Positions 55,131 to 64,000 of a stretch of 64,000 bases of DNA are shown here, in pieces. Under the pieces are notes generated by a model, which was not told the DNA's origin, did no database searches, and saw only the letters and a list, made by a program, of their open reading frames with translations. Position 1 is the stretch's first letter. The number at the start of each line of letters is the position of its first letter. A program made the position numbers and the translations under genes. The DNA is from an uncultured Clostridia bacterium (lineage in GTDB: Bacteria; Bacillota; Clostridia; Oscillospirales; CAG-272). The DNA lies in assembly GCA_937894775.1 (NCBI GenBank), contig CALAXC010000153.1, positions 17,802-81,801 on the forward strand, read 5' to 3'.

Positions 55131-56201
55131 CTATTCAATAATTCCGCCGCCGACAACGATATCCCCGTCATATAATACTACTGATTGTCCGGGTGTTATA
55201 GCGCGTTGGGGGTCATCAAATGTTATTGATATACGGTCAGTGTCGGTGCGAATAACGGTCGCTGCGGTCGGAGTATGGCGATATCTTATCTTTGCCGATA
55301 AGCGCGTTGGATGTTCGAGTGTATCATTAATAAGCAGGTTTATTGATGAAGCTTGTAATTCTTTTTTATAAAGTTCAAGATCAGTACAGAGAGTGACTGA
55401 GTTTGTTGAGGGATCTTTCTTTGCTACGAACATAGGCTTTCCCAAAGCAATTCCGAGCCCTTTGCGTTGACCTATAGTGTAATTTTCCAAACCTGTGTGC
55501 TTTCCTAAAATATTTCCGTAAATATCTACGAAATTACCGATATTAAAATCTGTATGTCCGTTTCTTCTTAAAAAATCTGTATAATTTCCATCAGGGATAA
55601 AACAGATATCCTGACTTTCCGAACGGTCTGCACTTGCAAAATTGTTATCTCTTGCTATTGCTTTTATTTCTTCTTTGGTATAGTCTCCCAACGGAAAGAG
55701 CACTTTTGAAAGCGTATCTTGGTTAAGCGTCCATAAAAAATAGGTCTGATCTTTCTTTTCATCTGTAGCTTTTTTTAAAAAGAAGTTTCCGTTATTATCT
55801 TTTTCTATCTTTGCATAGTGCCCGGTAACTAAATAATCAAAGTGCTTTTCTTCTGTGATATCAAGCAACTTTCCAAATTTTATGTGCTTGTTGCATTGAA
55901 CACAGGGATTAGGCGTTTTGCCGCTCTTATAGTCTTCAATGAAGGGAGCTATAACGCAGCGCAAAAAACTCTCCCCTAAAGATACCGAAAAATGCGGAAT
56001 GTTTAAAAGTTTGGCGGTTCTTTTGGCTTGTATGGAATTATCATCAAGATATTCGGGGATACCGTCGCTAAGAACTTTTTCACCGTCAAAAAGTTGCATA
56101 GTAACGGCTTCGGTTTGGTATCCCATATTTTTAATGAGAAGTGCTGCAACAGCGCTGTCCACCCCACCGCTCATAGCAATCAAGGCTTTTTTGTTTGTCA
56201 T
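55131..56201 (-). CDS. mnmA: tRNA 2-thiouridine(34) synthase
   Basis: ATG 56201 (MTNKKALIAMSGGVDSAV) with GGAG 6 nt upstream; the track start 56219 would overlap trmL. PP-loop 'SGGVDS'. Confidence 0.9.
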   Translation of the reverse strand: MTNKKALIAMSGGVDSAVAALLIKNMGYQTEAVTMQLFDGEKVLSDGIPEYLDDNSIQAKRTAKLLNIPHFSVSLGESFLRCVIAPFIEDYKSGKTPNPCVQCNKHIKFGKLLDITEEKHFDYLVTGHYAKIEKDNNGNFFLKKATDEKKDQTYFLWTLNQDTLSKVLFPLGDYTKEEIKAIARDNNFASADRSESQDICFIPDGNYTDFLRRNGHTDFNIGNFVDIYGNILGKHTGLENYTIGQRKGLGIALGKPMFVAKKDPSTNSVTLCTDLELYKKELQASSINLLINDTLEHPTRLSAKIRYRHTPTAATVIRTDTDRISITFDDPQRAITPGQSVVLYDGDIVVGGGIIE

Positions 56202-56212
56202 TTTTTCTCCTT

Positions 56213-56728
56213 TTACCAATCACGTGAAGTCAGATTTCCGTCTTCTCTTAAACCTTCAAAATTCCATCTGCGAAGGATTTCATATACGGCTATAGCTACA
56301 GAATTTGAAAGATTGAGAGATCTTAGTGTATCACGCATAGGGATTCTTACACAGTATTCACGGTTTTCGTATAAAAGATCTTCGGGGAGTCCTTTGGTTT
56401 CTTTGCCGAACATAATAAAAACATTGTCGGGATATTCAGAAACTTCTGTATATGAATGAGGAGCTTTTGTAGTGAAATAAAATGTGCTTTTGATAGATTC
56501 GGGGTGCTTGTTTAAAAAATCTTGGTAATTATTGTAGTAGGTTATATCGAGCTTGTCCCAATAATCAAGTCCCGCACGTTTTAGCTTTTTGTCGTCCACG
56601 GTGAATCCCATAGGTTGGATTATGTGAAGAGAAGCACCGGTAGCGGCACAGGTACGTGCTATATTTCCGGTATTTTGCGGTATTTCAGGTTCGTGTAAAA
56701 TTATATTTATATGTTTTGATGGTTGCAT
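56213..56728 (-). CDS. trmL: tRNA (cytidine/uridine34-2'-O)-methyltransferase, SpoU/TrmL family
   Basis: 171 aa. 'IILHEPEIPQNTGNIARTCAATG' and the 'SLNLSNSVAIAVYE' knot motif. Confidence 0.85.
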   Translation of the reverse strand: MQPSKHINIILHEPEIPQNTGNIARTCAATGASLHIIQPMGFTVDDKKLKRAGLDYWDKLDITYYNNYQDFLNKHPESIKSTFYFTTKAPHSYTEVSEYPDNVFIMFGKETKGLPEDLLYENREYCVRIPMRDTLRSLNLSNSVAIAVYEILRRWNFEGLREDGNLTSRDW

Positions 56729-56871
56729 ATTGTATTCCTTTTTGTTTTTTAGTTTTATTCTTTCTTACACTATTATAGTACGTTTTTAAGAGTTTTTCAA
56801 GTGTGAATAAAAAATAAAGAATAAAACTTAAAAAAATTTACAAGTATAAAGCGGTAAAAGTTGTAAAAGAC

Positions 56872-56900
56872 TTGCAATTTTATCAAAAATAAAGTATAAT
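56872..56900 (+). promoter_or_regulatory. Sigma-A-type promoter for secA
   Basis: TTGCAA (56872-56877), a 17-nt spacer, then TATAAT (56895-56900). Confidence 0.55.
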
Positions 56901-56931
56901 AAATATATATTGCTTTTAAGGAGATATAATA

Positions 56932-59673
56932 ATGGGATTGTTTGGAACATATAGCGAAAGACAACTGAAGAAGATAGATAAAATAGTCAAGATCATCGAG
57001 AGCCTTGCGCCGAAATATGCTCAGATGACTAACGATGAACTTTCAAACACAACAGTGATTTTGAAAGAGAGGCTTGCAAACGGAGAAACGCTTGACGATA
57101 TTCTTCCTGATGCATTTGCGGCAATACGCGAGGCGGATGACAGAGTTCTTGGGAAAAGACCTTTCCGTGTACAGCTCATAGGCGGAATTATTCTTCATCA
57201 GGGAAGAATCGCTGAGATGAAGACCGGAGAAGGAAAAACACTCGTTGCAACTATGCCCGCATATCTTAATGCGCTTGCAGGTAAAGGAGTACATGTTGTA
57301 ACTGTAAACGATTATCTTGCACGTCGAGATAGTGAAGAGATGGGCAGAGTGTATGAGTTTATGGGACTTACTACAGGTATAATCGTTCATGGACTTTCAC
57401 TTCAGGAAAAACAGGCGTCTTATAATGCGGATATAACTTACGGAACAAATAATGAATTTGGATTTGACTATCTCCGCGATAATATGGTAGTTTATAAAGA
57501 AAGAATGGTTCAGAGAGGACATAATTTTGCTATCGTCGATGAGGTGGACTCAATATTGGTCGATGAAGCAAGAACACCTCTTATAATTTCAGGATACGGA
57601 ACTAAGTCTACCGAAATGTATGAAAGAGCGGATGAATTTGCGAGAAAGCTTCGTAAACTCGTAATCAAGGAAATGGATTCAAAGGAAAGTTATGATGACG
57701 TTGATGCTGATTATATAGTTGATGAAAAAGCTAATAATGCTATTTTGACGCCTAAGGGTACAGACAAGGCAGAGGAATTTTTTGGCATTGAGAATCTTTC
57801 TGATCCTGCAAATTCCGAAATAGCTCACCATATAAATCAGGCTATCCGTGCTCACGGCATTATGAAACGTGACGTTGATTATGTCGTTAATCAGAACGGA
57901 GTAATGATAGTAGATGCATTTACAGGAAGAATAATGCCGGGACGTCGTTATTCTAACGGTTTGCATCAGGCGATTGAGGCAAAAGAAGGTGTAAAGGTTG
58001 AAAACGAGAACAAGACGGTAGCAACTATAACCTTCCAGAATTATTTCAGAATGTATGATAAACTTTCAGGTATGACGGGTACTGCGCTCACTGAGGAATC
58101 TGAATTCAGAGAGATATACGCACTTGACGTAGTTGAAATACCGACAAACCGTCCTATGATAAGAATAGATCACAATGATGTGGTTTATAAATCTGTCAAC
58201 GGAAAGTATAATGCTATAGTTGAGCAGGTAAAGGAATGTCACGCAAAGGGACAGCCTGTGTTGGTAGGTACGGTATCTATTGAAAAGTCTGAAGAGCTTT
58301 CAAGACGTCTTAAGAGAGAGGGCATAGCACATACTGTTCTTAACGCAAAGCATCACGAAAAAGAGGCAGAGATCGTAGCTCAGGCAGGTAAGCTTGGAGC
58401 GGTAACCATTTCTACCAATATGGCGGGACGAGGAACAGATATTATGCTTGGCGGTAATCCCGAATATATGGCAAAAAAAGAAATGCGCCGCTTGGAGATT
58501 GATGAGGATCTTATAGCGATGGCTACGGGTACTGCTGATATTGACGATGAAGAAATTTTGAATGCCAGAAAGACTTTCCGCGAGCTTTATGAAAAATATA
58601 AAGAGGAGATAGCACCCGAAGCACAGCTTGTAAGGGAAGCAGGCGGATTGTTTATATTAGGTACGGAAAGACACGAAAGCAGACGTATAGATAATCAGCT
58701 TAGAGGACGGTCAGGACGTCAAGGTGATCCCGGCGAATCACGGTTCTTTATTTCTTTTGAAGATGATCTTATGAGACTTTTTGGGTCTGATAGAATGATA
58801 GGTGTCGTGAATGCACTTAAGCTTCCTGAGGATGCGCCTATAGATGCTAAAATCCTTTCTAATACCATAGAATCGGCGCAAAAGAGAATAGAAGATCAAA
58901 ACTTCAAACGCCGTAAATACGTGCTTTCTTACGACGATGTAATGAACCAGCAGAGAAATATCATATATTCTCAGCGTAACAGTGTTCTTAACGGTGAAGA
59001 TATTAGCGCAACCATAATTAAAATGATAGAGTCTACGATTTTAGAAAATGTAGCTTCCTATCTTAACGGTGATGATCGGCAGCTTTGGGATTTTGTAGGT
59101 TTGCGTGAGGTTTATAAGGGGCTTATTACTTTTCCTGAAGATTTTGAGTATGACGAAAAAGAGCTTAAGAAGGTAAAGCCCGACGATATTGCTAATATGC
59201 TTTATGATAGAGCTATTTCGATTTATAAGGCAAAAGAAGATCTTTTTGGAACAGAAGTCTTTAGAGAGGTCGAAAGATCTATATTGCTCAGAAATGTTGA
59301 TGATAACTGGATGGAGCATATAGATGCTATGGATGATCTGAAGGATACTATAAGACTCCAGGCATATGCGCAACGTGATCCTATAAATGAATACCGTTTG
59401 CAGGGTGCAGATATGTTTGATGCGATGATAGCAGATATTCGTGACAGAACTGTTAGAATGGTTTTGTCGGTTGTTCCTAATGTTTCTAAGGTTGAGAGAG
59501 TACAGGTTGCAAATCCTATTTCCGAAGGATTTGAAGGCGACGGTGCTAAAAAGCCTAAGAAAGTAAAAATTGCTAAAAAATCAGAGAACAGTGTGGGAAG
59601 AAACGATCCTTGTCCTTGCGGATCGGGCAAGAAATATAAAAAGTGTTGTGGAGCACCTAATTCCGAACAATGA
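56932..59673 (+). CDS. secA: Preprotein translocase ATPase SecA
   Basis: 913 aa. 'MKTGEGKTLVA', 'DEVDSILVDEARTPLIISG', and a C-terminal zinc site 'CPCGSGKKYKKCCG'. Confidence 0.97.
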   Translation: MGLFGTYSERQLKKIDKIVKIIESLAPKYAQMTNDELSNTTVILKERLANGETLDDILPDAFAAIREADDRVLGKRPFRVQLIGGIILHQGRIAEMKTGEGKTLVATMPAYLNALAGKGVHVVTVNDYLARRDSEEMGRVYEFMGLTTGIIVHGLSLQEKQASYNADITYGTNNEFGFDYLRDNMVVYKERMVQRGHNFAIVDEVDSILVDEARTPLIISGYGTKSTEMYERADEFARKLRKLVIKEMDSKESYDDVDADYIVDEKANNAILTPKGTDKAEEFFGIENLSDPANSEIAHHINQAIRAHGIMKRDVDYVVNQNGVMIVDAFTGRIMPGRRYSNGLHQAIEAKEGVKVENENKTVATITFQNYFRMYDKLSGMTGTALTEESEFREIYALDVVEIPTNRPMIRIDHNDVVYKSVNGKYNAIVEQVKECHAKGQPVLVGTVSIEKSEELSRRLKREGIAHTVLNAKHHEKEAEIVAQAGKLGAVTISTNMAGRGTDIMLGGNPEYMAKKEMRRLEIDEDLIAMATGTADIDDEEILNARKTFRELYEKYKEEIAPEAQLVREAGGLFILGTERHESRRIDNQLRGRSGRQGDPGESRFFISFEDDLMRLFGSDRMIGVVNALKLPEDAPIDAKILSNTIESAQKRIEDQNFKRRKYVLSYDDVMNQQRNIIYSQRNSVLNGEDISATIIKMIESTILENVASYLNGDDRQLWDFVGLREVYKGLITFPEDFEYDEKELKKVKPDDIANMLYDRAISIYKAKEDLFGTEVFREVERSILLRNVDDNWMEHIDAMDDLKDTIRLQAYAQRDPINEYRLQGADMFDAMIADIRDRTVRMVLSVVPNVSKVERVQVANPISEGFEGDGAKKPKKVKIAKKSENSVGRNDPCPCGSGKKYKKCCGAPNSEQ

Positions 59674-59697
59674 TTTTGAGAAGAAGGAGATGAAGTA

Positions 59698-60423
59698 ATG
59701 GGATTTGGGATACTATTCTTTGGGTATTTTATAACTACTATGATGTCTATTCCGTTATCAAGACTTTTGCCTATTGACCTTGGCGGTCTTGTAAAGCTGA
59801 TTGGATATATTTTGATAGTGGTAGCGGCAAAGAAATTAAGTGATTATAATTCAAGTTTCAAATCCTTGACTTTGTCTTCAATGTTGATGGCAGGCATATC
59901 TGCTGTTCAATTTTTCTTTGATATTTGCACGTTTATTAGCATTAATCAAATAGCTGTTCTGCCTTTTTGGAATTTTGTTGATTATATAAATAATATGCAG
60001 ATTATGGACTATTTGTCGTTTACGGCAACGATATTATTTGTTTCAATGCTTTGTCTTTCGATTAAACAAATCGCATTTGATACAGGAGTAAAAAAAATAT
60101 ATGTGTCTGCAACAAGGAATTTTGTCTTTTACTGTATATTTTTTGTAGTTCAGGCAATATCGTTTATGCCTTTTGAATGGATAAAGATATATAGGTCCGT
60201 TTTTGTAGCTGCTTTGCTTATTATTGAGCTTTTGTGCTGGATATTAAATCTTTATATGATCTTTTCGTGCTATGCAAAGATATGTGATTCAGGTGATGTT
60301 GAAATGAAACAGAAGCCCTCAAGGTTTGCGTTTGTAAATAAAAAGAGAAAAGAGCGGGAAGTGGAGCGGCAAAAAATACTTGATGAATATGCCGCCGAAA
60401 AAGAAAAAAAGCACACTAAATAA
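59698..60423 (+). CDS. Hypothetical polytopic membrane protein
   Basis: 241 aa with about 6 TMs and a basic C-terminal tail. AGGAG RBS. Confidence 0.6.
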   Translation: MGFGILFFGYFITTMMSIPLSRLLPIDLGGLVKLIGYILIVVAAKKLSDYNSSFKSLTLSSMLMAGISAVQFFFDICTFISINQIAVLPFWNFVDYINNMQIMDYLSFTATILFVSMLCLSIKQIAFDTGVKKIYVSATRNFVFYCIFFVVQAISFMPFEWIKIYRSVFVAALLIIELLCWILNLYMIFSCYAKICDSGDVEMKQKPSRFAFVNKKRKEREVERQKILDEYAAEKEKKHTK

Positions 60424-60457
60424 TAATGGTAATTTTGTAAAAAAAGGGGGTATAACT

Positions 60458-61852
60458 GTGAAAAACAAGAAAAGTAATATTTCTTGGGGATTGATGGCAT
60501 TTTCTTTTGTGTTTTTGTTTAATCCTAATATTGCTGTTGTAGACCCTTTGCCAGATGCAATAGGTTATATTCTTATTAGTGTTGCACTTACACGTTTGGC
60601 TATGATCAATGAAAATTTGTATGATGCTAAGCGTTCCTTTGATAGATTGATCATTCTTGATCTTGGTAAGATAATTTCGATCTTTTGGATTTTTGGAATG
60701 GATTCCTTGAGCGAAAGAAACTCTTCGTTGCTTCTCTGGAGCTTTGTCTTTGGTGTGCTTGAGAGTATTTTTGCGATACCTGCTTTTGTTAAGCTTTTTG
60801 ACGGACTTTCATCACTTGGAAATTTTCACCCAAATACAGCTATTCACGGAAGAAAGAATGAGAGAAGCAAAAGCTATACTGAAAAAATAAAAGGATTTTC
60901 GGTTTTTTTTGTAGCTTTTAAAGCGGCATTTACTTGCCTTCCCGAAGTGGCTGTCTTAGGATCAATGTCTTACGATGATTCTTCGGCGCTTTTTAATGTT
61001 TACAGATATATTGGTGTTATACGTTTTATGTGTATAGTGCCGGTGATAATAGTTGGTTTTACGTGGCTGATTTCAGCGATAAAATATTTTTTGAGGATAA
61101 AGAAGGACAAAGAGTTTTCTTTTTCTGTAAATAATAAATATGCTGAAAAAGCAGAAAATCAAAAGGGTGAATTCATAATACGCGATGTTAAGATAGCAAC
61201 AGCGTTTTTTGTTGTGGGAAGTGTTTTGACTCTTGATTTCAATCTTGATAAAGTAAATGTTATACCGGATATTTTTGTTGTTGTTGCTTTAGCTATTTCG
61301 TTGTTTTATTTTGCAAAAGTAACAAGATTGAAAAAGATCTTTCCGATTATTTCCTTTGTTATATATTCGGCAGCAACTGTTTTTGAGGATTATAGCCGAT
61401 ATAATTTTATAAATAATTACAGTTACAGCGCAATAGATAAAAATGAAAAGGCGTTCTTTCTTTACATAATTACAGTTGTAGCTGTTGTTATAGAGGGGAT
61501 ATGTCTTGTTGTGATGTATTCGGCTATAGTAAAGACGATAAACGGTGTAATACGGGAAAGAACGGGTTATGTACTTGGCAGAGAAATAAATAGCGAAGCG
61601 GAAGACCGAAATATAGTGTTAGTACAAAAACGCCTTTCTAAGAATTTTTCTGTAGTTTTAGATGTGGTGGTTTTGTCTGTATTGGCGGATGTTTTCTGTT
61701 CGCTTTACGGTGCTTTCTACGCATTTATGAATAAAAATTTTGGTTGGATGAGTCTTATAAGTGTTGCGTGCGGTCTTTTTCTTATTGGAATGACTGTAAA
61801 AGCTGTAAGTGAGTTGAGAGAGGCAGTTCAGACAAAATATATGCTCGAATAA
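60458..61852 (+). CDS. Hypothetical polytopic membrane protein
   Basis: AGGGGG at 60445-60450, then GTG 60458 (MKNKKSNISWGLMAF). The track start 60380 lies inside the previous gene. About 10 TMs. Confidence 0.6.
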   Translation: MKNKKSNISWGLMAFSFVFLFNPNIAVVDPLPDAIGYILISVALTRLAMINENLYDAKRSFDRLIILDLGKIISIFWIFGMDSLSERNSSLLLWSFVFGVLESIFAIPAFVKLFDGLSSLGNFHPNTAIHGRKNERSKSYTEKIKGFSVFFVAFKAAFTCLPEVAVLGSMSYDDSSALFNVYRYIGVIRFMCIVPVIIVGFTWLISAIKYFLRIKKDKEFSFSVNNKYAEKAENQKGEFIIRDVKIATAFFVVGSVLTLDFNLDKVNVIPDIFVVVALAISLFYFAKVTRLKKIFPIISFVIYSAATVFEDYSRYNFINNYSYSAIDKNEKAFFLYIITVVAVVIEGICLVVMYSAIVKTINGVIRERTGYVLGREINSEAEDRNIVLVQKRLSKNFSVVLDVVVLSVLADVFCSLYGAFYAFMNKNFGWMSLISVACGLFLIGMTVKAVSELREAVQTKYMLE

Positions 61853-61874
61853 TAGATTTTTTTTAAAAATGCTA

Positions 61875-61903
61875 TTGCAAAGTTCGATAGAATCTGTTAT
61901 AAT
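61875..61903 (+). promoter_or_regulatory. Sigma-A-type promoter for SRP RNA
   Basis: TTGCAA (61875-61880), a 17-nt spacer, then TATAAT (61898-61903). Confidence 0.55.
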
Positions 61904-61940
61904 ATATAGGCACGTAATGTGCAATTGAACTGTAAAATAA

Positions 61941-62210
61941 GGCCATACTAGTCGGGGAATTAGCGGAGCCCTGTACCTGAAATCCGCTACAGCAGGGGTG
62001 AATTCCATTTCTGAGGGTTAGATCAAAGCAGTCTGACCTGCGCCTTCTGCGTTGAAGAGTGGGTCTTGCGCAATCGGGAGTTGTGAACCATGTCAGGTGG
62101 GGAACCAAGCAGCATTAAGCAATTAACTCGATGTGCCGCGAGGGTGCCTGCTCTGAGCAGGAGATGCGGATATCGTGTGGCGACGAGATTCGATTTAATG
62201 GTGTATGGTC
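61941..62210 (+). ncRNA. ffs: Signal recognition particle RNA, large Bacillus type (~270 nt)
   Basis: Contains 'GGAGCCCTGTACCTGAAATCCGCTACAGCAGGGGTGAATTCC' (Alu-like domain) and domain-IV 'CATGTCAGGTGGGGAACCAAGCAGCATTAAG ... GTGCCGCGAGGGTGCCTG'. The termini GGCCATAC / GTATGGTC pair. Located directly upstream of dnaX, as in Bacillus. Ends are approximate. Confidence 0.8.
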
Positions 62211-62258
62211 TTACTTTACAGTTCATTTTGTTTTATTTTTTACTAATGGGAGGTAGTT

Positions 62259-63839
62259 ATGCATCAGGCTTTATATAGAAAATGGCGTCCGCAAACCTTT
62301 GATGATGTTTATGGGCAGGAACATATTACCTCGATTTTGAAATATGAAATACAAAACACTAAGTTTTCACATGCATATCTTTTTTGCGGTTCTCGAGGAA
62401 CCGGAAAAACAACGTGCGCAAAAATACTGTCCAAGGCAGTAAACTGCGAGGCTCCGATAAATGGAAATCCTTGCAATTGCTGTGCTTCCTGCCGTTCTAT
62501 TGATGCGGGAATTGCTACAGATGTGCTTGAAATGGATGCGGCATCAAATAATGGGGTTGAGCATATTCGTGATATTCGTGATGAAGTAATATATACACCG
62601 TCAGTTCTTAAATATAGAGTTTATATTGTTGACGAGGTACATATGCTCAGTGCAAGTGCTTTCAATGCACTTTTAAAGACATTGGAAGAGCCACCGGCTC
62701 ATGTGGTATTTATACTTGCAACTACCGAGCTGCATAAGCTTCCTGCAACAATAATTTCGAGATGTCAGAGATATGATTTCCGTCGTATAACGACAGATGT
62801 TATAATGGAAAGACTTTCACTTATTGCGGATAGTGAAAAAATAGAATATACCCCAGATGCGTTAAGAATTATTGCTAAAATGGCACAGGGCGGAATGAGA
62901 GATGCGATAAGCTTGCTCGAGCTTTGTGCGGGAACAAGACAGAATCTTACTGCTCAGCTTGTTAATGATACGCTTGGTGCAGGAGGAAGAGAGAATCTTG
63001 AGAAAATGGCAAAAGCCATTTTGAAAAGTGACTTTGAGGCTGTTTTTGAAACTTTTTCAGAAATTGTTACTTCTTCGAAAGATGTATCTGTGTTCTGGCA
63101 GGATCTTGTGGCTTTTTATAGAGATATGTTAGTAGTTAAAACAACGTCATTTGCTAAAAAGTATCTTGATCTTACAGATGATGAATATTTAAAGCTTAAT
63201 GATCTTGCCTCTATGTTTACAAAAGAAATGCTTTTGTATCATTGTAGAGTTCTTGATGATTCTTATGCTATGATGTTAAGATCCTCTGTGGCGAAGAGAA
63301 CTGTTGCAGAGATGGCTCTTGTCAAGATGTGCGATCCTATGCTTGATGATAAAACAGATGCTTTAGCATCAAGAATTTCAAAGCTTGAAAATATTATTGA
63401 AACAGGAAATTTTGTTTCGTCTGCTTATAAAGACGAGCCAAGCAAAGAGGTCAATGTTGCTTCAATGGAGCCAACGGATAATCCGGATCACCTTGCGGAA
63501 GAAAAAAATGTTGAAAAGATTGAAACTGAAGTTACTCTTAAAGTTCTCAGAGGATGGAATGAGGTTGCACAAAAGGTTGCACTTTCAAATTCAGATCCTT
63601 CATTGATAGGCTTTTTAAAGATGGGAAAGGCATTGATAGATACAAACGGTCATATATATATAAGATTTCCAAACGACTTTGCTTTAGATCTTGCAGTTAG
63701 CAATCGAAAGGTGAAGGATTCGATATGTGCTACCTTGTCATCGTTGTTAAAGCGAGCACTTACTGAAAAAGAAATAACTTTCGGCGTTTTTGAAGGAAAT
63801 GAAAATTCTGCCGAAGAATTAGACGAGTTAAATATTTAA
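62259..63839 (+). CDS. dnaX: DNA polymerase III subunit gamma/tau
   Basis: 526 aa. 'GSRGTGKTT', zinc module 'CNCCASC', 'IVDEVHMLS' and 'SRCQRYDF'. Confidence 0.95.
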   Translation: MHQALYRKWRPQTFDDVYGQEHITSILKYEIQNTKFSHAYLFCGSRGTGKTTCAKILSKAVNCEAPINGNPCNCCASCRSIDAGIATDVLEMDAASNNGVEHIRDIRDEVIYTPSVLKYRVYIVDEVHMLSASAFNALLKTLEEPPAHVVFILATTELHKLPATIISRCQRYDFRRITTDVIMERLSLIADSEKIEYTPDALRIIAKMAQGGMRDAISLLELCAGTRQNLTAQLVNDTLGAGGRENLEKMAKAILKSDFEAVFETFSEIVTSSKDVSVFWQDLVAFYRDMLVVKTTSFAKKYLDLTDDEYLKLNDLASMFTKEMLLYHCRVLDDSYAMMLRSSVAKRTVAEMALVKMCDPMLDDKTDALASRISKLENIIETGNFVSSAYKDEPSKEVNVASMEPTDNPDHLAEEKNVEKIETEVTLKVLRGWNEVAQKVALSNSDPSLIGFLKMGKALIDTNGHIYIRFPNDFALDLAVSNRKVKDSICATLSSLLKRALTEKEITFGVFEGNENSAEELDELNI

Positions 63840-63863
63840 GTAAAATAAAAGGAGATAAAAACA

Positions 63864-64000
63864 ATGAGAGCAAATATACCGAAGGGAATGGGTGGCGGTC
63901 CTCAGAATATGAACGCAATGATCAAGCAGGCACAGAAGATGCAGGAAGATATGGAAGCTCTTCAGGCTGAGCTTGATGAAAGAGAATATGATATTTCTGC
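63864..64000 (+). CDS. ybaB: Nucleoid-associated protein YbaB/EbfC (N-terminal part, truncated by window end)
   Basis: Own translation from ATG 63864 (GGAG at 63851-63854): MRANIPKGMGGGPQNMNAMIKQAQKMQEDMEALQAELDEREYDIS... Canonical position after dnaX. Confidence 0.8.
   Translation, partial: MRANIPKGMGGGPQNMNAMIKQAQKMQEDMEALQAELDEREYDIS

Noticed and set aside
63502-63508. A7 run inside dnaX as a possible gamma/tau programmed -1 frameshift site.
   Set aside because: I see no downstream stem-loop or upstream SD-like stimulator. The run lies far into the C-terminal third of the gene, and Firmicute dnaX genes are not known to use the E. coli-type frameshift. Most likely it is just a Glu-Glu-Lys-Asn coding sequence.
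1-64000. Scan for CRISPR arrays, tRNA genes and rRNA genes.
   Set aside because: I found no regularly spaced short repeats. No cloverleaf or T-loop (GTTCGAATC-like) candidates appear in any intergenic region, and there are no rRNA-like segments. The only RNA gene I can support is the SRP RNA.

Overview
The window is chromosomal DNA from a low-GC Gram-positive, Clostridia-like bacterium. Supporting evidence: RNase Y, RemA, a ~270-nt Bacillus-type SRP RNA upstream of dnaX-ybaB, and B. subtilis 'ylo-region' synteny (yicC-remA-gmk-rpoZ-priA-def-fmt-rsmB-rlmN-...-rsgA-thiN). I support 56 CDS (2 truncated by the window edges) and 1 ncRNA. I saw no rRNA, tRNA, CRISPR array, transposase or integrase. 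Most of the window is translation and housekeeping: efp, rpmG-secE-nusG-rplK-rplA, rny, rnhA, glnS, gltX, rpmB, mtaB, mnmA, trmL, secA and dnaX. The exception is a ~19-kb same-strand operon (about 20.9-39.8 kb) bracketed by a consensus promoter and a hairpin terminator. It encodes a beta-helix protein, three membrane proteins and a 1125-aa fusion protein. That fusion joins a catalytically degenerate GH3-like domain, a TM hairpin and a dead McrB-like AAA+ domain. It is followed by two membrane-anchored McrB-like NTPases whose 1080-bp cores appear identical at the nucleotide level. Between them lies a McrC-N-like protein that carries a long coiled coil and no recognisable nuclease. Two N-terminally anchored transglutaminase-core/YDG-repeat surface proteins (631 and 1675 aa) close the operon. 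I could not match this combination to canonical McrBC or to MoxR-DUF58-transglutaminase triads, so it is the main candidate for an undescribed system. Limits: all family calls come from motif recognition by eye. Start codons were chosen by RBS inspection. No database search, alignment statistics or structure prediction was possible.
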